The position numbers were made by a program, and so were the translations under genes. Positions 39,883 through 57,151 of a stretch of DNA of 64,000 nucleotides are shown in pieces. The notes under the pieces are model-generated. The model saw only the letters and a program-made list of their open reading frames with translations. It searched no databases and had not been told where the DNA came from. The DNA lies in assembly GCF_009914755.1 (NCBI RefSeq), contig NC_060930.1. One strand, given 5' to 3'. Position 1 is the first letter of the stretch. Every line of letters starts with the position of its first letter. The stretch comes from the human T2T-CHM13v2.0 reference genome, Homo sapiens.

Positions 39883-40262
39883 TGATGGAGTTGAGGACAT
39901 ACTATCCCAAAGTATGGCACCTTGGCATTTTGAATATGTTAGCTGAAGGAATCTGAGAAACGGCATGTGCAGAAAAGAATTTGACTTACCCCTGAAGCAA
40001 GTCATAAGCATGGGAAACTGGAGGAAATTTATCAAGGCTTGCTCCTTCAGATTCCTCTCTGTTCCTTTGTCTTTGGCTATCAGGATGTTGTTCTCCTCTC
40101 AGTATAGAGGAGGGCATCTCTCACCTGAGGATGTTATGACCTGCTTTGGGGTAGGTCAGAAATATGTGTGTGCTTTTCTCCTGTTACTCTATCTTGTTGT
40201 AGGGTCTCCAGCCAATGAACAAAAGATGGGTAGGAGAGAAAGGCAATTTTTTCTTCCCTACT
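39883..40262. mobile_element. Two abutting ERV1 LTR fragments in opposite orientation (MER34-like on +, MER67-like on -)
   Basis: tgatggagttgaggacatactatcccaaagtatggc... on +; the right part reads as an LTR start on - (gtagggaagaaaaaa). Confidence 0.5.
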
Positions 40263-41536
40263 CTCCACTTAATACAGAACTAAAAAAACTTAGATTATCT
40301 TTTAAATTTCAGACAAGTATAAAAACCAGTACACATAGCATTTGTTACTCTTCCATTGAAGGGCACAGGTGAGAATGACTACAGTGATGAACATTTGAAA
40401 CACAATTTTGAAAATGCAATTATTAAAAAGCTAACATTTTAGTAACAATTTGCTTTAAAATTATAGTTACATCAAGAGTTACCTAGAGCAGGAAGAAAAC
40501 AAATAAAAAACTGATGATGCATGCAGTCATCACATTAAAATGTATTTCTTTTATTCTTTACAGACATTTTCAAATATATTTAATAATAGATCATGGGGCT
40601 TTAAGAAAATTGATTTCCAATATAATCTTCCTTAATGAAAAAATATACTGGGCTCTTTCTTGACGAATTTGCCAGAAAAATGAGATGTAAGAGTATTAGA
40701 CTATTCAAAAATAGCAATGTTTTTATCTAACTGAATTCACTTTAAATTAATGTACAATCAGCATACATTTTATTATTAAAATGGTGAAATCACATAATTC
40801 TCTATTTTGAAAAGCAACACTAATGGAAGCACTATATAATAAACTTAGTTAAACATTTACAAGCAATTTTCATTAAAATTTGTTCATTTCATTTGGTGGC
40901 ATAGCTTATAGTGTTTTAAAATGCAAATTTATGATAAGCGCAAAAAGAGCAGCGTTAGTATGAAATATATTCACCTAAAAATGGAAAATATAAGTAGAAA
41001 TGATTATTGTCTAACCTAATAATCTAGACTTCCACTTAATCAATCCTCTGAATAACATAAATTGCAATGCACTCAACTTTTTATTCTTTAAGATAAACAA
41101 TTTAAAAACAGAAATATCTGTAAATAAAAAAAGGAGCTTAGCATAGGAAACACTTAAATGCATTCTTCCAAAAAACTAAAACACTGAACATAAATTAAAC
41201 TTCCTTTTTCATTTACAACTTCCTTTTTTCACACATAATCTGATCTCTGGCCTAGAAGATTATTTAAAAATCTAAATTCCATTTCTACTACCATACAGTT
41301 ATTACATCCTTTTTAAATAATTGAGCTTTTCTCATGTACATAATTTTTAAATCAAAGATATAAATAATTAAACAAATAAAAAGTGAAGTGGATATGCATA
41401 ATCTTTTTTTTCCAAAAATTTTTTTTTCAGAAACACAGTAAGAGGATATGTGTTAGACATTTTAATGGATTATGTCTTTTAAATCTCCTAATCACCTTAT
41501 GGAGAATATGTTATTTATTGCAACTCCTAGAAACTA

Positions 41537-41829
41537 AGCCCAATGTGATGGCTCATGCATATAATCCCAGCACCCTGGGAGGCTGAGGTGGGAGGAAGGT
41601 TTGAGGATAGGGATCAAGACCAGTCTGCGCAACATAGCAAGACCTCCTTTCTACAAAAAAATAAAAGTAAATTAACCCGGAGTGGTGACATGAGTTTGTA
41701 GTCCCAGCTAGTTGGGAGGCTGAGGTGAGAGGATTGCTTGAGCCCAGGAGGTCAAGGTCATAGTGAGCTGTGATTATGCCACTGCCTTCCAGCATGGGCC
41801 ACAGAATGAGATCTTGTCTCAAAAAAAAA
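41537..41829 (+). mobile_element. AluJ inserted in a MIR remnant
   Basis: Diverged Alu with AluJ diagnostics (ggattgcttgagcccaggaggtcaagg, gtgagctgtgatt). Confidence 0.9.
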
Positions 41830-43320
41830 TTGGAATTAAACTTTCAGAGATTAGATAAATTGCTGGGGAAACATTGATTTTTAAATGGTGAAAATACAGG
41901 ATGAACACCAGTTTATTTTTACTGTTTTTTCTTTTCTTTCTCAACAACCTGGTATTGAAAAAATATTACCATGGGTAATAATTCTGGACCAAGTACAAAG
42001 CATTATATTGGTGTTTTTGAAATTGTACAATTTTCTTAAGGATGGACTTGTATTTCGTTGTTTACTGGAACACTTCCTTAAATCGTTTATATTTAAATGC
42101 TGATTTAGTATTACAATCACTTTCCTGCCTCCAAGAAACTTCTTCACAACTAAGTTAATGCATCTTTGTTTAGTTATGTTTTTATAGATAAATGGCTACT
42201 TTTATTTGACAAATTAAGCACTTTAGAATTCATTACTGGTTCTTGGTTTTAATGGTGTGATTTCATTGCCACTCTCTCTGTGGTCACATATAAGATGAAT
42301 AGTTTTGAGGTTTTGAAAAATAAGGCCAAAAAGTTAAAAGGGTGTTTCAAGTGAAACATTTAGCACATAAATGTTTCTTAAAGTGAACATTCACATCTCT
42401 TTGAGCTTTTGCTTTATAAAAGGCAATTCTCAATGTACAATTCTAGTTGAGAATAAAAACTGGTTTTTATTTAATATACAACATTATATTGGGTTTATTG
42501 CAACTGTCTTAAAATAGTGCTTATGTGTTAAAGATAATGAAAATTAACTGTGGAAATAAATGTATCAAGATATATGAATAAAGATGTTAATTTTCACATA
42601 AATTGGCCAAAATGACTAAATATGCTCCATATACAACCATTCTAAAGTAGCTTAAATTTATATGATAAATGAATTGATAGGTCCTTAAGCATCATGAGTT
42701 GAAGATGTCCACATTTAATTAAACCTGGACTGGGAAATGTACCTAGGATGAAAAGGTGAGGACAGTAATTATGAAGCAGCATTTTATGAAGCATAAATCC
42801 ATAGAATGCAATTCTTCAGATATACACCCCCACCTCTGCCAGTATTAAGTAGTCAAATACATTTAGGAATTGCTGCAAATAAAAATTCTTCTGAGATGGT
42901 CACAACCATAAGCATATTAATGATTCTGGAAATCTTCATAGGTTTTAACAATAATTTTGTTTAACTTTATTCAAATTAAAATTATTTGACTATGGAACTT
43001 TAATCATATTCTTAAATAATTAATAATATTCAGTGTAAAGACCCTTTCTGAAGGGTTGCTGTGGAATATATACTTCTTAATGATTATTAATAGTAATAAT
43101 CATTTCTATAATTAATAAACATTATCTATGTTTAAAGGTAATATGTTGAATACATTAAAGGGAGTATTTTATACAATTGAGATAGAAATCTGGAGAAGTA
43201 GATTATTGCTACTCCTATTTTCAAGGGAAAAGAACTAAGGCTATTATGAGAGATAAAGTGACCAGTCCAAAGTCACATAGAAATGCTCAATTTGTAGTAG
43301 AAATCTATGCAATTTATTTA

Positions 43321-44254
<934 letters not shown>

Positions 44255-44574
44255 TGGTATTATTTTGGTGAAGAAGAAATAAAGACAATCAATCAGAAGA
44301 ATTCTATTAAAAAATAAAATATTCAAGGGGATAGTACCAAAGGAAGATGGATACGGTTAATCTTTGACAAGTATTTCATCACTTAAACATAAAGTCTTCA
44401 AATCTTGCTAAGTTTATGGAAGTTCTTAATCATTAAGTCCCCAAAATAACATACATAGTAAATGGACTCAAGAGGTTAAAATCATCGTCACAATTACATT
44501 GCCTTTTAAAAATACTGCATGGGAACATCAGAGAAATGTAACAGTAAAGTGGACCGAATTACAAAATACAATCT

Positions 44575-45320
<746 letters not shown>

Positions 45321-46083
45321 TAATGTAATATATTGAAATATACCTGTTTGTAACACATAATTATTTTTCTGATCAACTTTAGCCATTCCTGAGCAAGTGC
45401 TGTGAAAAATGAATCAAATATTTCCAAATTTTCATCAGTGTTCAGGGAAATAATAGTAATCATATCAAGATAAATTTATTCTCTCCTGTTGAACTAATAA
45501 TAATCCAACATTGTAAGGCATGATATGTAAATGAGATAGCTATTTAAAATTTGCCTTGAAGCAAAGTGCCCACGTATTTGTGTTAAAGCATCAGCAAATG
45601 AAGAGAAGCCTCACCTGGTAGATCACTTATAAAGAGAAAAAGTATTGTCCTTGCTTGGAAATTGGGTCATTGAAAACAACAATAAAAAGGGAATATATGG
45701 GCTGGTTTATTCACTTTATCCTGAAATATGCATCATCACCATCTCCCTCTGTTATGAACTGTTTGGTCTGTAACTCACAAATTTTATCTTTACTTCATGA
45801 TACCTTACAATTCTATTTGTATTTTATTATTTTAATGAGATTTTTTTAGCATTTCTAGATAGTATTCATCCTTATAACATTTCTATTTTTGCAACTAAAT
45901 AATATAGATAGACTCTTTTCTATTTGAGCAGTACTGCATTAAACACTTTTACACAATTTATTCATTTTATCTTAACCATTTCAATGTATTAAAGTCATTT
46001 TTCCCACCATTAGCTCTTTTCTCTCATTTCATTTTTCTTAGATGTATGTATATTTTAGATATTTACTAGCACATACTATATAG

Positions 46084-46368
46084 CAGAGTGGTTTTCTATT
46101 TTAGGGGGGGTTTATCCACAGGGGGAATTTAACAATGACTCTAAACTTTTTTTGGTTATCGTAACTGAGAATCACGAGTGGCATCTAGTAAGCAGAGGAC
46201 AAGAATCCAACTATCTATCCTATAATTATCAGGACAGTCCCATCTCTTTCTCTCTCCCTCTCTCTCTCTTTCTCTCTCTCTTTCTCCGCGCCCCCCCCCC
46301 CAACCCCTCTCTCTCACACACACACAACCTGGTTCAAAATGTCAAAAGAGTCAAAGCTGAAAAACTGT
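46084..46368. mobile_element. MER20 hAT-Charlie MITE with an internal (TC)n/C/(CA)n repeat
   Basis: cagagtggttttct..tttttggttatcgtaactg..tggcatctagtaagcagagg..aaaatgtcaaaagagtcaaagctgaaaaactg. Confidence 0.75.
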
Positions 46369-47489
46369 TATGTAACATATAGTCAATCTTTGTTTGTGAA
46401 TTTGTGTTCATGTAATATGTTAAAATGTGGCATGCATTTGTTCCAAGTAAGATATTCTCATGTAAAATTTTGAATGTCTATACTGGAAGAAGCAGGGTGT
46501 AACAAGAGCAGTGGAGAAGAGTGGTGGGCACTAAGCACACCATGTGAGCTTTCAACCTTCCCCTGTGCAACGAGCACTGCTTTTTTGGTCAGAAGCCCTT
46601 CACTACAGTTGGCCTGATTTCAAGTTAGTTCCTTCTCAAACACCAAACTTGAATCACAGAGTGAGCCCCCGGTTGAACATTTTAAATAGAAAAATCAACC
46701 AGAATGCTTTTACTAAGTTGCCTTTTAAGGAGCCAGAAAGTCAAGTAATACTAAAACCTATGGAAAAAGAAGCATAACAAAAAATGACTAAGAAAACTCA
46801 TATAAATGAACAATAAATCCGGATAGAAAATCATCTTCTCTTCCCCAAATATGTTTCTTGTCCATTTTCTTGAATGTGTTAAAAAATTTTTTCCTATAAT
46901 AAACGTTTAACTCAATGTGCACCAAAAAGGTAGATCATGTACTCAAGTTAGCTGCACAAATAGCCCCAGACAAGTAAAATTCATGCCAGGCAGGTATTAC
47001 TTAATTAATTAGTGCAAGCAATAGAAAGTCTCTTTTTCTATTATCAACTTTTCATCTTATTTTGAAAAAGAAAGCTGAACATGCCCTTCTCAAAAATATC
47101 CTGTTGTCATATAGAATTGTCATATAGAATATATTCTGAAGGACAAGCTGATACCCTTATGTAATAAAGACGTTCTTGTTATTTATATTATTTTATTTAA
47201 ACAACGTATTATAAGCACAAATATATAATTATGATTAATATATAAACTAATTATAGTTAAGGTATTCCACAAATTTGCAGTTCATTAAGCAATTCTACCT
47301 AAATTAAAGTGTTATTTAAAAAAATAGAATGATACTTGTATTGATATAAAATTCTACCAGGTGAAGTATCAATGATACTCAATAGCCAATGCTAGGCAGC
47401 GTTATTTTATTCTATAGACAGAAGATGTTGCTAGGTACTCTGATCTTTTTATTTACAAGCTATATCCTTTTGCAACATGCATTTACATT

Positions 47490-49400
47490 TTCTTTTTTTT
47501 TTTATTATTGTACTTTAAGCTCTGGGATACATGTGCAGAACGTGCAGGTTTGTTACATAGGTATACATGTGCCATGGAGGTTTGCTGAACCCAACAACCC
47601 ATCATCTACCTCAGGTATTTCTCCTAATGTTATCCCTTCCCTTGCCTCCCACCCCCCGACAGGCCTTGGTATGTGATGTTCCCCTCCCTGTGCCCATATA
47701 TTCTCACTGTTCAACTCCCACTTATGAGTGAGATAATGCAGTTCTTGGTTTTCTGTTCCTGTGTTAGTTTGTTGAGAATGATGGTTTCCAGCCTAATCCA
47801 TGTCCCTGCAAAGGGCACGACTTATTCTTTTTTATGGCTGCATAGTATTGCATGGTGTATATGTCCCACATTTTCTTTATCAAGTCTAACATTGATGGGC
47901 ATTTGGGTTGGTTCCAAGTCTTTGCTATTGTCAATAGTGCTGTAATAAACATAGGTGTGCATGTGTCTTTATAGAAGAATGATTTATAAACCTTTGGGTA
48001 TATACTGGGATTGCTGGGTCAAATGGTATTTCTAGTTCTAGATCCTTGAGGAATTGCCACAGTCTTCCACAACGGTTCAACTAATTTATACTTCTACCAA
48101 CAGTGTAAAAGCATTCCTATTTTTTCACATACTCTCCAACATCTGTTGTTTTCTTACTTTTTAATGAACACCATTCTGACTGGCATGCGATGGTATCTCA
48201 TTGTGGTTTTGATTTGCATTTCTCTAATGACCAGTGATGATGAGCTTTTTCCCATATTTTTGTTGGCTGCATAACTGTCTTCTGTTGAGAAGTGTCTGTT
48301 CATATCCTTCGTCCACTTTTTTATGGGGTTGTTTTTTTTTTTTTTTTTTGTAAATTTGTTTAAGTTCCTTGTAGATTCTGGATATTAGTCCTTTGTCAGA
48401 TGGATAGATTGCAAAAATTTTCTCCCATTCTGTAGGGTACCTGTTCACTCTAATGATAGTTTCTTTTGCTGTGCAGAAACTCTTTAGTTTAATTAGATCC
48501 CATTTGTCAATTTTGGTGCAATTGCTTTTTGTGTTTTAGTCATGATGTCTTTGCCCATGCCTATGTCCTGAACGGTATTGCCTAGCTTTTCTTCTAGGGC
48601 GTTTATGGTTTTAGGTCTTATGTTTAAATCTTTAATGCATCTTGAGTTAATTTTTGTATAAGGTGTAAGGTAGACATCCAGTTTCAGTTTTCTGCATATG
48701 GCTAGCCAGTTTTCCCCACACAATTTATTAAGTAGGAAATATTTTCCCCATTGCTTGTTTTTGTCAGGTTTGTCAAAGATCAGATGGTTGTAGATGTGTG
48801 GTGTTATTTCTGAGGCCTCTGTTCTGTTCCATTGTCCTGTATATCTGTTTTGGTACCAGTACCATGCTGTTTTGTTTACTGTAGCCTTGTAGTATAGTTT
48901 GAAGTCACATAGCATGATGCCTGCAGCTCTGTTTTTTTGCTTAGGATTGTCTTAGCTATATGGGCTCTTTTTTTTGGTTCCACATGAAATTTAAAGTAGT
49001 TTTTTTTTTTTTTCTAATTCTGCGAAGAAAGTCAATGGTAGCTTGATGGGGATAGCATTGAATCTATAAATTACTTTGGGCAGTATGGACATTTTCATGA
49101 TATTGATTCTTCCTAACCACGATCATGGAATGTTTTTCCATTTGTTTGTTTCCTCTCTTATTTCCTTAAGCAGTGGTTTGTAGTTCTCCTTGAAGAGGTC
49201 CTTTACAGCCTGTGTAAGTTGTATTCCGAGGTATTTTATTCTCTTTGTAGTAATTGTGAATGGGAGTTCACTCATTATTTGGCTCTCTATTATTGGTGTA
49301 TAGGAATACTTGTGATTTTTACACATTGATTTTTTATTCTGAGACTGCTGAAGTTGCTTATCAGCTTAAGGAGATTTTAGGCTGAGACAATGGGGTTTTC
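47490..49400 (-). mobile_element. 5'-truncated L1PA7-like element (~1.9 kb)
   Basis: Antisense 3'UTR after poly(T); ORF2 fragments ([30 protein letters not shown]). Confidence 0.92.
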
Positions 49401-49623
49401 TTTTTTATTCTAAAATAAGGATGAACTACCACCTGACTATTCTATCCTATAATAGGTTGTGTTATGATGCATATTAATGAACTGCACAAACCATAGCAGG
49501 TGATAGCAAAGTTCTTATTTTATAGATTTCAATATAAAAAATTAAACATATGGCTGCTTTTGAGAAAAAAAGTAATAATTTTTATAGATATTTCCTTCTC
49601 TGAATCTTATACAAATTAATTAA

Positions 49624-50103
49624 TGTGGCCAAACAGTTTTAAAGCAGCCTCTATGATGCTCGCTTCTGGAAATGTGTGATTTTATGTGCTATCCTCTGCC
49701 GAAGTAGAATCTGTGACTTGTTTTTAACTAATGGAATGCAGCAAGATGATGGGATACACGTGATTAATCATGCTCAATTACATAAGCGTGAACTGTCCAT
49801 CTTGCTACAGTCTTTTTCTCCACTGTTGGCTTCAAAGAAGCCACAGATGTTATGGCTGCAAATAAAGGAATTCTGCAAGTACCTGGGAGACCAGAGAAGC
49901 AGATCCTTTCCTGGTTTAGCATCAAATTAGACCCCAGGACCAGCCAATACCTTGACTGCAGCCCTCTCGCACTCCAAGCAGAGGACTCAGCTAAGCCAAA
50001 TACAGACTCCTGACTGAAAGAACCTGTGAGATAGTGAATGCGCATCTGATTTTAAGCTGCTAAATCTATGGCAATTTGTTACACAATATACACAATTAAT
50101 ACA
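49624..50103 (+). mobile_element. MaLR LTR (MLT1E/F-like)
   Basis: cagccaataccttgactgcagcc..gaggactcagctaagcc..ttttaagctgctaaat..gcaatttgttacaca..taataca. Confidence 0.8.
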
Positions 50104-51262
50104 ATAAATAATTCACAGAATTTCTTTCCAGGAAGGAAACGGTTGGTCCATTTCAACTTTCTCTTTATTTCTTCTCAAAATACGGTTCTCCTTCATATCC
50201 CAGGTTTGGTCAACCACTTGCAATTCCTCTTTAAGCTAAATTCACATGGAGTGGCTCTCCATTATTTTAGCCCCAGCATGGGAGAAAGGACTACCAGTAA
50301 TATTGTAAGAGGCTCTCCTAAAATAATATACATAGCCACACAAAGTTAAACAATCTTATGCCATTTTTAAACAGCAAGACATCTTAAAGTCTTTATATAC
50401 TAATATGTTTAGAGGTTTTCCAAAAAGGATAATATAAAGCTCAATGTTTTGTGAAATTATCTGATAAACGAAGCCTCTCAGAACACCTATGAACAACTCA
50501 TGGGACACTGTGCTACTGAGAACAGTTTAGGAAATATTGGTTCAGACTTTCTATTGCTCACTACATTAAAGCATGTGATGAATGATGTAAAATGTGAAAT
50601 GATTTGTATTCTTGTCTCACAGAGCACTTGTAAGTCATCTATGAGAAACAAAACACCACTTATTGATAATCAAGTCTGTATTTTGCCTTTTGCATCACTT
50701 AACTGAATTTTAAATATTTGTATGCTACTATTCAGTTATATATTTTTAAAAACTGGCAAGTAAATATTAAGAGAAACATTTTTTAAATGTTTATCTGCCC
50801 TATTTCAGACAAAAATAGGTAGGTAAGACAACTCCACATAGAATACTGTTGCTCAAATATTTACATTGCAATTGCTCTACAAACAGAGAAGATTCAACTT
50901 TTCTCTTCATGAAAAGTTACAGGCTTTGCCTAAGGACATCCATTTCAAGCTCAAAGATTTAGCTGAACCTGGAACACTAGTTCCAAATTTCATTTTAATT
51001 TGGAACTTTTATTTATGTTAGTTTTAATATAAAAAGTTTAAAACTGTTTCAGGAACAAAACTCTGTTGCAATTAGTCTATTTCTTTTGAAAACAGGATGA
51101 ATTGAAGAGAGTTGGAAACATGTGTCAATGTAAACCATCCCATTAATCTTGTTTCTCTGTCTTCATATTACACGGGTTGATACAAGAGACTCTTAGAAAT
51201 CTATGAATGTGAAGATTTATTCCCTCCTTTATTACCACATGAGCTGTGTCAACATAATCTGA

Positions 51263-51645
<383 letters not shown>

Positions 51646-52259
51646 AGAAACATGCGTTGTTTTTTAGAAAAAGTAACTCACTAATTTCATACTGTGAAGC
51701 AAGAATCTCTGATTCACTGATTAGTCTTCCTTCCTATCCCAGAGAGTTAAATACAAGCACTTTCTTTTTCCCTGAAGAAAGATGAGTAATAATCATTATT
51801 TGAGCAGCAGCTTTCATTGCATGGAAATGAATTGAGAGCTTTGGATGATGCATAGATCTCATAATAAACTTTTAGCCAACTATCAAACCTCATTTCCATT
51901 ACACGGATCTGGTAATGACAATTTGTTTTATTCAGTGCTATTTTACATTTAGTGATTTGTGCTATACCCTTGAGAAAATATTTGCTAAAAAATTGAATGG
52001 AACTTGTAATCTAGTCTTAATAATGTAAACAAAAAATTATCTAATTCATCTGAATTTTTAGCAAATGCTCTAAAGTATTTTCTCTCTTTTTCAAGAAAAA
52101 TTAGGAGCTTTTAGTCAATAAAGTACAGCACATTCATCTATGAATCTGCTCCAAAAACACATGAAGGATAGAAAACTTTAAAAAGACAAAATAGAAAATA
52201 TATCTGGGTTCAGAAAAAAATAAAGACAAGCATCCATATGGCCTTGTCGAAGCAAAAAT

Positions 52260-52858
52260 TGTACCTGATAAAGTTAAGCAGGCAAGAAAGACTTTCTGCA
52301 AAACACTGGCAAGAGAGTCTAGAATACAGTCTGAACTAAATTTCATTAAAACAAAGGGCTAGAGAGTTTTTAAAAGCTTGCAGGGCTGGAGGCAGAGGAG
52401 AAATCCTGTACTGTCTTGGTTTGCTAATTGGCCTCATCCTTTGGAAAAGTAATTTTCTTGCTTCTTCATAAGACGAGGTAGTCTGTTATTGGAGCAAAGA
52501 CCCCACAGAGTTAGGCTGTCACTCACCCACAGAGACTGGGAGACAGATGTTTGTATTTCTTGATAATTACATTTTAAAGGGATGGCTCCCAGATTTTTAA
52601 GAAAGATAGTCGTGGGTTGTAAAACTGTCAGTAGGCTTTCAAAAATATTTACATATCATGGGGCAAAGAAAAAAATTATAATTGCAAGTATTCTAAAGTC
52701 AACGCTCTAAGAAAAGGGAAGAGAGACACCTGGAGTTAGACCATCTGGATTCTGTAAGGGACAGAGTGAGAGATGGGTAAGGAACCTAAGGCAAGAAGAA
52801 GTCTAATTTCAGTCTAATTTCAGTTTAGCTGAGAGGAACATTAAGGCTTACTTGTTCA
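52260..52858 (-). mobile_element. ERV1 LTR (MER31-like)
   Basis: Minus strand starts tgaacaagtaagccttaatgttcctctcagctaaact. Left boundary approximate. Confidence 0.6.
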
Positions 52859-53149
52859 CACTAAAAGGGGAAAAGTTATTGTTCTTGAATCCATGGGCCA
52901 AATGGAGCCAGATTCCAGCTACCAGAATATTGCTTTCTGTACAAACAGAAAATACTCTGGAGAAATGATAAGGAGAAACAATCAAACAAACAAAAACAAA
53001 TCCCATACTTCAGAGCGTCTTAGACAATGTTACAATGAGAGATGAAAAGACCAGTGAAATTAAAGAGAGCCTCCACTTTCTCGTTCCAAAACAAGCAAAC
53101 AAACAACCCAGATTCATGTATAAACCAGAGAACTGGAATTTAGATTGCC

Positions 53150-55826
<2,677 letters not shown>

Positions 55827-56465
55827 GAACTAATGAAGTAGAGTCTAAGAATACAAAAGTTAATGGACTAAGGAAATGTAGTAGATTAACAAGCCACATA
55901 AATGGCTCATCTGAGGTTAGCGCTCAGGAATTTAAAGACTGGATACATTCAATTCAGCAACCTTCAATTTTTGGTGTTTCCTCAGACAACTATTAAGAAG
56001 ACAGAGGCAAGAAAGTTTCCCTATAATGAATTCCACATGAAAATCTTATATTCTGCTAACTTGAAAAATTGCATTGGATTAGGCAACATAGAAAAAGGAC
56101 TCTGTTTATTTGGGTTGCACACATACATAGCAAAACCTTAAAATAACAATTTTAAATAAAATGCTTGAATAATATTGATATACAGCTATGATGTACCTTG
56201 TTTAACTTGCCTTATTGGTCCTTTCTAGCATTTCAAGAACTGACACCATTACTTAATCCATAGTTTGAAAGACACAATACTATATATGCTACAGAGAGAG
56301 TACAAAAGAAGGTTTTATTCCAGTTTCTAAGTCTATGAGACTATGCTCTATAATATAATAAATATTTATAGTCCCAAATTCTTTGAATTTTCTGGAAAAG
56401 ATCTTCTTAAAACAAATGGTCATAAAAATCACTTAAGTATAATTTTACTCATAAAATAAAGGCAA

Positions 56466-56791
56466 GGCCGGGCACGGTAGCTTATGCCTGTAATCCTATA
56501 ACTTTGGGAGGTCCATGCAGGCAGGTCACTTGAGCTCAGGAGTTCGAAACCAGACTGGACAACATGGTGAAATCCTGTCTCTACTAAAAATTCAAAAAAT
56601 TAGCAGGGTGTGGTGGCACAGGTCTGTAAGGCCAGCTACTTCGAAGGCTGAGGCACGAGAATCGCTTGAACCTGAGAAGCAGAGGCTGCGGTGAGCCGAG
56701 AGCACTTCACTGCACTCCAACCTTTGTGGCAGAGCCAGACTTTCTCAAAAAAATAAAAATAAAAATAAATGAATACTTAAATAAATAAAAA
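56466..56791 (+). mobile_element. AluS/J, full length
   Basis: Dimeric Alu with an (AAAAT)n tail; TSD ataaaataaaggcaa. Confidence 0.92.
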
Positions 56792-57151
56792 ATAAAATAA
56801 AGGCAAGATCTTAAGATCTTGATTTATACTTTCATGACTCAATGTTAAAGACTTTTCAATTAACTGCCTAATACAGCAATAGATGGGATTGTTTGTAATG
56901 TGTGGTCATGGTTTTATAGAAGTTATGAATAACCAAGATATCTTATTAATTGAAATGTATTATCAAATTCTGCTTTACAAACTAAACAGATTCAACACCC
57001 CATATATTTTCATTATGAATAGAAGTAAATCTCAAAATCTAGATCATGACTCACACAAATATAAAATAAGCACACATTAAAGATTTTGAAACATAGTTAA
57101 TGAGGAAACTATTTCAAAAACCTCAAAGGAAGAGTCAATTTTTTCAGGGAG

